A stretch of 64,000 bases of DNA from an uncultured archaeon. GTDB taxonomy: Archaea; Asgardarchaeota; Heimdallarchaeia; Heimdallarchaeales; Kariarchaeaceae. The stretch covers positions 6,536 to 70,535 of the forward strand of contig CAZYCQ010000009.1 in NCBI GenBank assembly GCA_964645535.1. Direction: 5' to 3'. A model generated the notes under the pieces. The model saw nothing but the letters and a program-made list of their open reading frames with translations, did not search any database and was not told where the DNA came from. Numbering within the stretch: position 1 is the stretch's first letter; each line of letters begins with the position of its first letter. This document shows, in pieces, positions 24,600 to 34,325 of the stretch. A program made the position numbers and the translations under genes.

Positions 24600-25085
24600 A
24601 TGGCTACAACGGAAATTACTGCCGATATTGGTCAGGAAGATTTGGAATATAGAAGAAAAATGGTTAGGGAGACAAAAAATAAGGATGTGCTGGCAAAATA
24701 TGCCTTAGACGATGAATTTTGGGAAATACGTAGGGAAGCAACATCTCGAATTCATGATGAGAAGGTATTGCAAAAGATTGCAACTAAAGATGACTATTGG
24801 CAGGTTAGATTTGAAGCTGTCGGCAAAATTAAGGATCAGGATTTCCTTCATAAAATCGTCAAAAATGATGAACAGGTTTGGGTTTGCAAAGAAGCTCTCT
24901 CGAATCTTATTGATCCGGAATTGCTTTGCGATATCATATTAGATAAGGCTCTAGACCTTTCTGTAAGAATAAAGGCAATAGGTCAACTTAATCAACTAGA
25001 TGTTCTTTCCTCTCTGAGACCAAAAGTCGATAATGAACTCCAATCAACCATCATGAAACGGATCAGGGAAATTCAGGGTTACTGA
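24600..25085 (+). CDS. HEAT-like repeat protein (31-aa repeat unit)
   Basis: Repeating unit ..VL.KIA..D..W.VR.EAV.KI.D.., 4-5 copies. Confidence 0.55.
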   Translation: MATTEITADIGQEDLEYRRKMVRETKNKDVLAKYALDDEFWEIRREATSRIHDEKVLQKIATKDDYWQVRFEAVGKIKDQDFLHKIVKNDEQVWVCKEALSNLIDPELLCDIILDKALDLSVRIKAIGQLNQLDVLSSLRPKVDNELQSTIMKRIREIQGY

Positions 25086-25560
25086 ATTCCTCCTTGAACC
25101 CGAATTTGACCTGATTGTTAATAAAACGTATCCAAAATGGTGTCAATTCCCAGAATTCTATTTTATTGATCATTGAGACCAATCGAGATGAATTCAATAT
25201 GAATGGAAAACGATCGAGGTAGATCGCCTTATACTTCTCTGCCATTATTCCTTGGGGCTCCTTCACAATTCCTCTACCTTGAATCCCTTGAATGTTTTCC
25301 CACTCTTGATTGTCTTCATTGATTGTAAATGCTACTGCAATCTCTCCTTTTGCCAATGCTGTTCCGTGTCGTGTTTTTCTGTCTGATACGAAAACAAATC
25401 TATTATCCCTCGTCAGGGCATAAAATACAGCACAGGCTTGTGGTCCTTCTTGATCCGAATAGGAAAGATTCAGAACTTGATGTTGGGCAATGTATTTCCT
25501 GACATGGTTTGGCAGGTCCATAGATGTCAATTGGTAAAATGACATATTAGTCTCTAGCAA
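25063..25560 (-). CDS. pyridoxamine-5'-phosphate-oxidase-like FMN-binding split-barrel protein
   Basis: LNLSYSDQEGPQACAVFYALTRDNRFVFVSDRKTRHGTAL pattern; about 165 aa. Confidence 0.55.
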   Translation of the reverse strand: MLETNMSFYQLTSMDLPNHVRKYIAQHQVLNLSYSDQEGPQACAVFYALTRDNRFVFVSDRKTRHGTALAKGEIAVAFTINEDNQEWENIQGIQGRGIVKEPQGIMAEKYKAIYLDRFPFILNSSRLVSMINKIEFWELTPFWIRFINNQVKFGFKEEFSNPEFP

Positions 25561-25627
25561 AAAGTGTAGACGTCCTCAAAGCTTATTAGGTCAATTTCAA
25601 ATTCAAGAATGGAAAGAGTCTGATAGC

Positions 25628-26614
25628 ATGTCGCGGACAAAAAGTTCTACGTATACCCATAGTGAATTTGAACGAAATCCTGGGACTCCATTGCAGATGG
25701 ATTGGGTCAATTCGATCCATGTGAACAAGAGTGCCGTTGAAAGAAGAGTCTCGACATTGGTGAAGAGAAGATCGGTCAAGAAGCAATGGCAAATTGCATG
25801 GCTACTGAAGGCGATTACTTTAATTGACCTGACCACATTGGCTGGTGACGATACACCTGGGCGAGTTCGTCGTCTCTGTGCAAAGGCTAGACGTCCCGTG
25901 CGTCCAGACATCCTGAGAGCTATAGGATTAGATGATTTTCCACTATCTGTTGCAGCTGTTTGTGTCTATCATAATCAAATCCGTCCTGCGGTGGAATCGC
26001 TTGAAGGAACGGGGATTCCGGTTGCCGCAGTTTCAACCGGATTTCCTGCTGCCCAAATTCCATTTGAACTGAAGGTTGCACAAATCAAGGAAAGTGTAAA
26101 GGCTGGTGCTAAGGAAATTGATATTGTCATCAGCAGGGAACTTGTTCTAACTGGACGTTGGGAAGAGTTGTACAGTGAAGTTGCTGCATATCGGGATGCC
26201 TGTGCAGACGCCCATATGAAAGCCATCCTTTCGGTAGGTGAACTTGGTACCTTAACCAATGTAGCAAAAGCCAGTTTGGTCTGTATGATGGCCGGTGCGG
26301 ACTTCATTAAAACCTCTACTGGAAAGGAAAAGGTAAATGCAACCTTGGAGAATAGCTTGGTGATGGTTCGGATGATTAGGGACTACTATGAAAAAACAGG
26401 TCACAAGGTTGGCTTTAAACCTGCCGGAGGGATTCGGAGCGCAAAACAAGCCATTCAATGGTTGATCCTGATAAAGGAGGAATTGGGCAATGAATGGCTT
26501 TCTCCCCAGTTATTCAGATTTGGCGCAAGTGGGTTGCTCGGAGATATTGAGCGACAACTCGAATACCATGCCACCGGCATGTATTCAGCCACATATAGAA
26601 ATCCGATGGCTTAA
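25628..26614 (+). CDS. deoC: deoxyribose-phosphate aldolase, long (DERA-like) form
   Basis: IDLTTLAGDDT, VAAVCVY, EIDIVISR, ADFIKTSTGKE (Schiff-base Lys), FKPAGGIR. 328 aa. Confidence 0.85.
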   Translation: MSRTKSSTYTHSEFERNPGTPLQMDWVNSIHVNKSAVERRVSTLVKRRSVKKQWQIAWLLKAITLIDLTTLAGDDTPGRVRRLCAKARRPVRPDILRAIGLDDFPLSVAAVCVYHNQIRPAVESLEGTGIPVAAVSTGFPAAQIPFELKVAQIKESVKAGAKEIDIVISRELVLTGRWEELYSEVAAYRDACADAHMKAILSVGELGTLTNVAKASLVCMMAGADFIKTSTGKEKVNATLENSLVMVRMIRDYYEKTGHKVGFKPAGGIRSAKQAIQWLILIKEELGNEWLSPQLFRFGASGLLGDIERQLEYHATGMYSATYRNPMA

Positions 26615-29001
26615 TGGTGTTGAACATGGAAATAAAGGAGATTTTTGATAAGATGAGTTATGGTCCTGCCCCTGAAAGTCCAAATGAAGCCTACTCATGG
26701 CTGGAACGATATAATCGATCCTTTGATCTTTTCATCAATGGCAAATGGGTTCCTTCAAAAGGTGGTGAGAAATTCGAGACCATTTCCCCTGGTTCTGGTG
26801 AAGTCTTAGCAACAATTACGCAGGGAACTGCCGATGATGTGGATATTGCGGTTAAGGCTGCCAAAAAAGCATTTTCCAAGTGGAGCGGTCTTTCAGGGCA
26901 CGAGCGTGCAAAATTCCTCTATGCAATTGCAAGGAAGATACAGAAACATTCCAGACTGTTTGCAGTCCTTGAAACCTTGGATAATGGCAAACCAATCCGT
27001 GAAACACGGGACATTGATATCCCATTGGTGGCCCGTCATTTCTATTACCATGCAGGTTGGGCACAGATGATGGAAACCGAGCTCAAAGACTATGAGCCGA
27101 TCGGTGTTGTTGGACAAATTATCCCTTGGAACTTTCCTCTCTTGATGCTGGCATGGAAAATTGCTCCTGCTTTGGCAATGGGGAACACTGTGGTCTTGAA
27201 GCCTGCGGAATTTACTTCCCTTACAGCTCTTCTTTTCGCACAGATTTGCCAAGAAATTGGATTGCCGGCTGGCGTGGTCAATATCGTGACTGGTGATGGA
27301 AGGACTGGTGCGGCCATAGTTGAGCATCCTGAGATCAAGAAAATTGCTTTCACCGGCTCTACTGAAGTTGGAAGAATCATCCGAAAAACAACAGCCGGCA
27401 CCGGAAAGAAGATATCCCTTGAATTGGGTGGTAAATCTCCATTCATTGTTTTTGAAGATGCTGATTTAGATAGTGCCATCGAAGGTCTGATAGATGGGAT
27501 CTGGTTTAACCAAGGTCAGGTCTGCTGTGCAGGATCTCGTTTGCTTGTCCAAGAAAGCATTGCTGACCAATTCATACGTAAACTGAAGGAACGTATGTCA
27601 AAACTACGTGTGGGTGATCCGCTTGACAAATCAACAGACATAGGTGCCATTGTGGCTCCTGTCCAACTCCAACGGATCCAATATTATGTGGATTTGGGAA
27701 AGTCTGAAGGTAAATTCTGGCAACCTGCAATTGAACTTCCTGAAAACAACGGTTGCTATTTCCCACCCACTCTGTTCACAGATGTTCCTACAAGTGCAGT
27801 GATCGCACAGGAAGAGATTTTTGGTCCAGTTCTTGTTTCTATGACCTTTAGAACTCCTCAAGAGGCAGTTGAATTGGCAAACAATACGGTTTATGGTCTA
27901 GCTGCTACTGTTTGGACTGAGGATGTGAACTTGGCATTGCATGTTGCACCGCAAATTAAGGCAGGTACCGTCTGGATCAACTCCACAAACCTTTTTGACG
28001 CTGCCTCTGGATTTGGTGGATACCGGGAATCTGGATATGGAAGAGAAGGGGGACTGGAAGGATTATGGGAGTATGTTGTTCCAAAGTGGAAACGTTCCAA
28101 AAAGAGGCAAAAAACCACACAAAATATTGAACCAGTTGTTGAACCGATTACCTCATCAATAGATCGTACTCCAAAACTCTATATCGGAGGACGACATGTC
28201 CGTCCTGATGGAGGATATAGCCTTCCAGTTTATGCCTATAATGGAGATCTTGCCGGCGAAGTTGGAAAAGGCAATCGAAAGGACATACGGAATGCAGTTG
28301 AAGCTGCCGACAGGGCCAAAGGTTGGGCTACCAAGACTGCCCACAATCGGGCTCAGGTATTGTACTATCTTGCTGAAAACCTAGAAAGCAGAAGGAATGA
28401 ATTCGTCAATCGAATAATTCAGTTAACAGGAGTTTCCAAAGAGGTTGCCAGTGCTGAATTCAACAAATCAATTGAACGACTATTCTACTATGCCGCCTTT
28501 GCGGACAAGTACGATGGTTTGGTTCACCATACCCCCTACCGTAATGTCACAATGGCCATGCCTGAACCAATAGGGATTATTGGGATTTCCTGTCCTGAAA
28601 AATATCCATTACTTGGTTTAGTTTCCTTGGTTGCTCCCGCAATTGCCATGGGAAACACGGTTGTCTGTATCCCCTCTGAAACGTATCCCTTGATAGCCAC
28701 TGATTTTTACCAAGTCTTGGATACTTCAGATGTCCCTGGCGGTGTAGTCAACATTGTTACTGGTCATGTGAAAGAGTTGATGGACGTTCTCTCGAAGCAC
28801 TTGAATGTCGATGCGATCTGGCATTTTGCGAATCCCTCTCTCAATGGGATGGTTGAAGTAAATTCGATAGGCAACCTAAAAAGAACCTTTGTTGACCATG
28901 GTTTTATTCGTGACTGGATGTCTGATCAAGAAGGTCAGGGCAGGGAATTCCTGCGCGAAGCTACCCAAATCAAAAATATCTGGACACCCTATGGCGTTTG
29001 A
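26614..29001 (+). CDS. two-domain aldehyde dehydrogenase (ALDH16-like: active N-domain + truncated pseudo-ALDH C-domain)
   Basis: The first ~500 aa have ELGGKSP, GQVCCAGSR (catalytic Cys) and EEIFGPV. Residues ~520-795 repeat only the N-terminal half of an ALDH fold (PEPIGIIGISCP, AMGNTVV, GGVVNIVTG) and have no ELGG or catalytic Cys motif. Confidence 0.85.
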   Translation: MVLNMEIKEIFDKMSYGPAPESPNEAYSWLERYNRSFDLFINGKWVPSKGGEKFETISPGSGEVLATITQGTADDVDIAVKAAKKAFSKWSGLSGHERAKFLYAIARKIQKHSRLFAVLETLDNGKPIRETRDIDIPLVARHFYYHAGWAQMMETELKDYEPIGVVGQIIPWNFPLLMLAWKIAPALAMGNTVVLKPAEFTSLTALLFAQICQEIGLPAGVVNIVTGDGRTGAAIVEHPEIKKIAFTGSTEVGRIIRKTTAGTGKKISLELGGKSPFIVFEDADLDSAIEGLIDGIWFNQGQVCCAGSRLLVQESIADQFIRKLKERMSKLRVGDPLDKSTDIGAIVAPVQLQRIQYYVDLGKSEGKFWQPAIELPENNGCYFPPTLFTDVPTSAVIAQEEIFGPVLVSMTFRTPQEAVELANNTVYGLAATVWTEDVNLALHVAPQIKAGTVWINSTNLFDAASGFGGYRESGYGREGGLEGLWEYVVPKWKRSKKRQKTTQNIEPVVEPITSSIDRTPKLYIGGRHVRPDGGYSLPVYAYNGDLAGEVGKGNRKDIRNAVEAADRAKGWATKTAHNRAQVLYYLAENLESRRNEFVNRIIQLTGVSKEVASAEFNKSIERLFYYAAFADKYDGLVHHTPYRNVTMAMPEPIGIIGISCPEKYPLLGLVSLVAPAIAMGNTVVCIPSETYPLIATDFYQVLDTSDVPGGVVNIVTGHVKELMDVLSKHLNVDAIWHFANPSLNGMVEVNSIGNLKRTFVDHGFIRDWMSDQEGQGREFLREATQIKNIWTPYGV

Positions 29002-29052
29002 ATCAGGTTAGAAACAATAACTACATATTCTTGATATTCCCTAGTTTTATAG

Positions 29053-29766
29053 ATGGGTTCATTTGAATTTTCCTTAGGGGAGATTGTCATCTATTTCTTG
29101 ATGGGTGTTTTTTCCTATTCCATCTTTGGATTGGCCGCTTTTCTGGCCAAAAAGGGTGCTCCCCATTGGATTCCCCGGAAAACAGTTCACACTCTTGGAA
29201 TGACAATCATTGCTATCTACTCAGTCATTGTCCAGGATACTGGTGCTATCCTCTTTATTGGAGGAGTTGTTGTGACAATTGCCTTGGGTCTAAATATGAC
29301 CAGATTGAACTTTATTGAATGGATGGCTAAAGCGACGGCACGGGAAAATGAACATTGGACCGAAACCGTTGGGAATCTGGTGATTACAACACTCACATTG
29401 TTTTCCCTCTATTTCTACAATAAGTTCAATAGTCCTTTGTTTCCCTCAATATATCTAACTGCTATTCTCTCATTGGCATGGGGGGATGGATTGGCAGAAC
29501 TGGTCGGTCGAAAATTTGGAAGGATTAAATACCGAATTCTTGGGGATAAAACATTGGAGGGGTCACTTACTGTCTTTTTGGTGACTTTTATCTTAGGTTT
29601 CTTCTCCTTTTGGGCTTTCAATGAAATCACATCTCATGTCCTTTTGGCATTGCTTCTTGCCTCAATGGTAGCTAGCTTAGTGGAAGCAGTAGCAATCCGT
29701 GTTTTCGACAATCTCCTAATTCCTTTGAGTGTTCAATTGACGCTTTGGTATTTGCTGATTTCATAA
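29053..29766 (+). CDS. polyprenol (dolichol/phytol)-kinase / CTP-transferase-family membrane protein
   Basis: AWGDGLAELVGRKFGRIKY...KTLEGSLTVF motif in a polytopic protein. Confidence 0.55.
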   Translation: MGSFEFSLGEIVIYFLMGVFSYSIFGLAAFLAKKGAPHWIPRKTVHTLGMTIIAIYSVIVQDTGAILFIGGVVVTIALGLNMTRLNFIEWMAKATARENEHWTETVGNLVITTLTLFSLYFYNKFNSPLFPSIYLTAILSLAWGDGLAELVGRKFGRIKYRILGDKTLEGSLTVFLVTFILGFFSFWAFNEITSHVLLALLLASMVASLVEAVAIRVFDNLLIPLSVQLTLWYLLIS

Positions 29767-29810
29767 CCTATTCACAGAATCTTTAAATTCTGAAGTTAGA
29801 TGTGGTATAA

Positions 29811-30548
29811 ATGGGAATTCATACCCTTGTTGTCGCACATAGGGGTTATGCTCCTGCATCAATTCATCAAAATAGCCTAGAAGCCTTCAAATTGGCGGAA
29901 AGGTATGGGGCAAAAGCAATTGAATTCGACATTCGCATGACCAAGGATCATGAACTTGTGATTTTCCATGATCCATTCTATTGGAATGGAAATGGTTTTC
30001 GAAGGGTTCCTTCAGTAACATTGGATGAATTCCGTGAGACATTTGACAACAATCGTGCACCAACCTTCTCCTCCCTCTGCAAAGAAATTGACCGACGAAT
30101 CAAATTTTTCATAGAGCTGAAACCCACACCCTTTCCAGATCGTTTGATCAAAATTTTAGAATCCCATATTCCCACTGACCGCGAAATCCTTATCCTAACC
30201 TACAAACAACATATCTTGAAGAAGTTGAACCAAACCGGTTTGCCTTCTGGTCTTCACTATATTAATCCATTCAAGGACAATATTGCACGCGCAAAAAAGT
30301 ATGGGGCCATAGCCCTTTCTCCGATATATTGGGTGGTTAATTCAACAACTGTCAAAAAGATTCAAAATTCAGGACTTGAAATTTATCCATGGACCGTAAA
30401 TAAACCTGTTTTCATCAAAACATTGATTGACTGGGGTGTCGATGGGATTTACACCAATAATTTCCCAGTTGCAAAAACTCTGCTAGAGACTAGTGATAGT
30501 TTGGGAAAACAAATGCTCCAAAATAGTGCGGTTTATAATACCCGTTGA
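29811..30548 (+). CDS. glycerophosphodiester phosphodiesterase family protein
   Basis: VVAHRGY...QNSLEAFKLA...IEFDIRMTKDHELVIFHD. The usual ENS/ENT is QNS here. Confidence 0.75.
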   Translation: MGIHTLVVAHRGYAPASIHQNSLEAFKLAERYGAKAIEFDIRMTKDHELVIFHDPFYWNGNGFRRVPSVTLDEFRETFDNNRAPTFSSLCKEIDRRIKFFIELKPTPFPDRLIKILESHIPTDREILILTYKQHILKKLNQTGLPSGLHYINPFKDNIARAKKYGAIALSPIYWVVNSTTVKKIQNSGLEIYPWTVNKPVFIKTLIDWGVDGIYTNNFPVAKTLLETSDSLGKQMLQNSAVYNTR

Positions 30549-30563
30549 AAAAGCAAGAGAATA

Positions 30564-32393
30564 ATGAAAAAACAATTTTTTATCGTCCTAATTCTGTTGG
30601 TTGGTGTTTTACCGACATCTTCCATACAGTTTTCCTCTAAAGAAAGTATTCAAATCTTCAAAAATCCTGAAACTGAATATCACTGGATCTGGGATGATCT
30701 TCTTGATCCAAATTTACCTGCAACTATTGCTGGTGATGATTCAGTCTATTGGGGATCGTCTCTAGGTCCATACTTCAATAGCACTGAAACAATTGCCAAA
30801 TTACAACTTGCTGCTGAACAATTTCCTTCAGTAGCAAAATATGTCAAAATAGGTGAATCGTATCTTGGAAAAGAGATCGGTGCTGTCCGTCTTTCTCTCC
30901 CCATTGAAACCCCGATGGCAGTTAAATATGAGTTTGCTCTTGTAGGGGCACACCATGCCAGAGAGGCAATAACTGTTGTGGATTCATTGTTTTTCATGGA
31001 TCGGCTTCTCTATAATTATCTAAATGGTGATCCATGGACTATCCAGTTGCTTTCACAAGCGGAGATTTATATTGTGCCATTGCTAAATCCTGATGGCTTG
31101 GATCACACTGCCATATCTCCTTGGCAAAGGAAAAACATGCATCCTTTCGATGAGGATGGGGATGGTTTTTCTGAAGATGAGTTTGAAATTAAGGATGTCA
31201 ATGGGGATAACTATGTTGAAGAATACTATGACCCTGATTTGGGAATGTGGATCTACGAATCAATTGACGGTATGGACAATGACACCTCTCATGGTGAAGA
31301 TAACCCTGGAGGGGTTGACTTAAATAGAAACTATCCGTTCGAATTTATGGGTCCAGGGTCTTCTTCAGATCCCCGGGATGATACATATCGTGGTCCAGCC
31401 CCCCTCTCAGAACCTGAGACGCAATCTTGGGCTCGTTTTGCACAACAACACCATTTCTTTACATCCCTTTCATTGCATTCCGGGATTCAAGCAATTATTT
31501 ATCCGTGGGGATATACTTCCTTACCGCCACCCGACGAAGATGTTTTCGTTGCCATAAGCAATGTTCTCAAGGGACTTTCAGGTTTTCCCACTTGGGATGA
31601 AGTCGGTGGCTATGGTGTTAATGGTGAATGGGGTGATTGGATGTATGGGGAACTTGATTCACTTGCATTTACGATCGAAACCTTTGGAAATTCCAGATCC
31701 TATAGGCAAATCCGAACAGTACGAGGAATTGATCGATATGGAGGGATATGGAATTATTTCAATCCGGAACCTGGAAATATCTATGAAACCACTGTTGGTG
31801 GTGTCCAACCCATGATCGATTTTTTGGCTTCTGTTCCTCTCCAGGGAATTGTTCCCACTGAGTTCACTATTCCCCAAATAAGCATGCAATCAAATTCCAC
31901 TCATATTTCGGTCACATTGCATATCAACACAACTCGGAATGATCTTATTGTCTCATTTGAAAGTGAAAACCAAACAGATCTGGGATGGTATCCATTGCAA
32001 GAGATCCAAGTCAATTCAAGTATTCCGCAATATGAGATCACGGCACAAAAAATTGATGTGCCAACTAGGATCTATGTTGGAACACTTTCTCAAGGATTTT
32101 CTTTCTATTTTGATACATCTTTGGCTGAAACAAATGGAACCTTTTCCCTTTCTCCAATCAATGGAACAAATGGTCCAGTTGACGTAGGGGTTCCTCCCGA
32201 ACCAGTATCTGAAACCACAAGTACGGTTGTATCTTCACAAAATTATTCAACTTCTACAGTTTCCTCATTTACAAATATTACGTCAGAATCTTTAGTTTCA
32301 TCTGAAGTTTCCATCCAACTTTTAGTGCTTCCTATTTCTCTATCTTCCGTGATGATCGTCCGTCGAAGACAACGGGTTCAAAAGAACGCATAA
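30564..32393 (+). CDS. secreted M14 zinc carboxypeptidase with C-terminal TM + basic tail
   Basis: GAHHAREAIT (HxxE), DLNRNYP, SLHSGIQAIIYPW. Signal peptide present. Ser/Thr-rich stalk and tail LLVLPISLSSVMIVRRRQRVQKNA. Confidence 0.8.
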   Translation: MKKQFFIVLILLVGVLPTSSIQFSSKESIQIFKNPETEYHWIWDDLLDPNLPATIAGDDSVYWGSSLGPYFNSTETIAKLQLAAEQFPSVAKYVKIGESYLGKEIGAVRLSLPIETPMAVKYEFALVGAHHAREAITVVDSLFFMDRLLYNYLNGDPWTIQLLSQAEIYIVPLLNPDGLDHTAISPWQRKNMHPFDEDGDGFSEDEFEIKDVNGDNYVEEYYDPDLGMWIYESIDGMDNDTSHGEDNPGGVDLNRNYPFEFMGPGSSSDPRDDTYRGPAPLSEPETQSWARFAQQHHFFTSLSLHSGIQAIIYPWGYTSLPPPDEDVFVAISNVLKGLSGFPTWDEVGGYGVNGEWGDWMYGELDSLAFTIETFGNSRSYRQIRTVRGIDRYGGIWNYFNPEPGNIYETTVGGVQPMIDFLASVPLQGIVPTEFTIPQISMQSNSTHISVTLHINTTRNDLIVSFESENQTDLGWYPLQEIQVNSSIPQYEITAQKIDVPTRIYVGTLSQGFSFYFDTSLAETNGTFSLSPINGTNGPVDVGVPPEPVSETTSTVVSSQNYSTSTVSSFTNITSESLVSSEVSIQLLVLPISLSSVMIVRRRQRVQKNA

Positions 32394-32460
32394 ACTCGTT
32401 TTATCGTCCACATCATAACAAAGTTTATATATTTGAAATCAAATTTCCAAGAAGGAGAGT

Positions 32461-33057
32461 TTGCAGATGAGGTTTGGGACTAGGGTGAATCATATCGATG
32501 CTGACAAAGACCTTTTTGAAATTGCCCTTAATGAGAAAAATGAGATCATCAGGGAAGCTGCTGTCTACAAAATCAAAAAACAATACTATCTTTACAGACT
32601 GGTCAAGGAATCAACAGATGAATTGGTTCGATTGATTGCAGTGGATCGACTAAAGAATGAAGAGTACCTGAAGAAATTGGCGAAAACGGTTACTGACAAG
32701 ACCCTTTTAGTTCTTATTCTTGAAAAAATTGACGATACCGAATTTCTTGAAAGATTTGCGGGAAATGATGATTTAAATATTCAAAGAGCTGTTGTGAAAA
32801 AGATCTCAAACCAAAATATTCTCAAGCATTTGGCACTGACCTCTTCAGATGATCTTGTCCGCAAACGGGCTGTTGAACGAATAACTGATGAGTATTTTCT
32901 TAAAGACGTTTTTCTTTCAGATCCTTCTTTCTTGGTGCAAAGTACTGCCTTGAAACATATCACTTCCGAAGATATTCTTTCAGAATTACGACTTACCGTT
33001 CCTGATGAATTAATACCCACTCTTGCAGAGCATATTTCTGAAACTATTGACCATTAA
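32461..33057 (+). CDS. HEAT-like repeat protein, paralog-type of 24600..25085
   Basis: Same ~31-aa unit (..L..LA....D.LVR.RAV..I.D..) in about 5 copies. TTG start. Confidence 0.5.
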   Translation: MQMRFGTRVNHIDADKDLFEIALNEKNEIIREAAVYKIKKQYYLYRLVKESTDELVRLIAVDRLKNEEYLKKLAKTVTDKTLLVLILEKIDDTEFLERFAGNDDLNIQRAVVKKISNQNILKHLALTSSDDLVRKRAVERITDEYFLKDVFLSDPSFLVQSTALKHITSEDILSELRLTVPDELIPTLAEHISETIDH

Positions 33058-33104
33058 TTGTCTGATCCCATCATTGAAATTTTAAAATTATCTCAAAACT
33101 TTCC

Positions 33105-34262
33105 ATGATGACAAAATATGTCGTGTTTGGTTTAGGCATGATGGGAGAGGCAATATGCTATGATCTTCTGTCATTCGACAACAAGGATGTTTTGGGTTTG
33201 GAAAAAGACAATGGGCGGATTGACACTGTCAAAAAACGTCTGTCTCAATTTGGAGATCGTTTTTCTGCAATTCCATTTGATGTCACTTCATATACTGTTG
33301 AAAACCTTGCAGAATTTTTAAGGGAACAAAATGCAATTTTGGCCTTCGGAGCAATTGATTACAGCTTCAATCTTTTCCTTACTGAGGCTTGCATTAAGGC
33401 AGGCACTCATTTTCTTGATCTCGGTGGTAATCCAACAATAGTCAGCCAACAGCATTCATTGGACAAATTGGCGAAAAACAAAGGTGTTACGATCATTCCT
33501 GATTGTGGTTTGGCTCCTGGAATGGTAAATATTATTGCAGCAGGAATGATAAACGAATTTGAAGCAGTTGATTCCTGTAAGATAAGAGTTGGTGGTCTCC
33601 CTCAAGAACCTAGGACTATGCTGAAATATCAACAGGTCTTCTCGATCAGGGGTTTGACAAATGAATATTTGGAGGACGCAAAAGTCATACGCAATGGGAA
33701 GATCATGACTGTTCCCTCATTAACTGAAGTCGAAACGTTGGAATTTCCTGAACCATGGGGTGAACTTGAGGCATTCCAAACCGCGGGCGGTACTTCTTCA
33801 CTTCCTTCAATCTATGAAGGGAAGATCAAAGAATTGGATTACAAGACCATTCGATATAGGGGTCACGTGCAATTTTTCCAATTTCTAAAAGAATTTGGAT
33901 TCCTTTCTGAACATGAAATCGGTGGAGTAATCCCAAGAGCATTTACGGAACAATTGCTTCAAACGTATCTTCCCAAAGATGAACCTGATGCTGTCCTTGC
34001 CCGCATCGTTGTAAAAGGAAACAAGGGAGGTAGAAAACATACTGATAAACTCCAATTGATTGATCTCATGGATCCGAAAACTGGTTTTTCCGCAATGGCT
34101 AGAACAACAGCCTTCCCCATCAGCATCATCGGTCAAATGGTGGTTGAAGGAAGAATAAAGATGAAAGGAGTAATTCCTGGAGAAATTGCAGTTCCATACT
34201 CTCAATTTTTACAGGAGCTCGAAAAAAGGGATATCTGCTTTGAGAAAACCAGTGAATTTTAA
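33105..34262 (+). CDS. saccharopine-dehydrogenase-family NAD(P) oxidoreductase
   Basis: Rossmann N-terminus YVVFGLGMMGEAICYDL, GLAPGMVNI motif, 385 aa. Confidence 0.65.
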   Translation: MMTKYVVFGLGMMGEAICYDLLSFDNKDVLGLEKDNGRIDTVKKRLSQFGDRFSAIPFDVTSYTVENLAEFLREQNAILAFGAIDYSFNLFLTEACIKAGTHFLDLGGNPTIVSQQHSLDKLAKNKGVTIIPDCGLAPGMVNIIAAGMINEFEAVDSCKIRVGGLPQEPRTMLKYQQVFSIRGLTNEYLEDAKVIRNGKIMTVPSLTEVETLEFPEPWGELEAFQTAGGTSSLPSIYEGKIKELDYKTIRYRGHVQFFQFLKEFGFLSEHEIGGVIPRAFTEQLLQTYLPKDEPDAVLARIVVKGNKGGRKHTDKLQLIDLMDPKTGFSAMARTTAFPISIIGQMVVEGRIKMKGVIPGEIAVPYSQFLQELEKRDICFEKTSEF

Positions 34263-34325
34263 AGCGGAGAGACTAGCCAAGGGAACATCATAATGTTTTA
34301 AACAATATCTAACTAATATCGAACA

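Noticed and set aside
22900-29001. Apparent GC-richer block (thiolase to ALDH) as a horizontally acquired island.
   Set aside because: The genes are core metabolism, tightly packed with neighbours, and have no flanking repeats, tRNA junction, integrase or other mobility genes. The by-eye GC shift is modest and was not computed.
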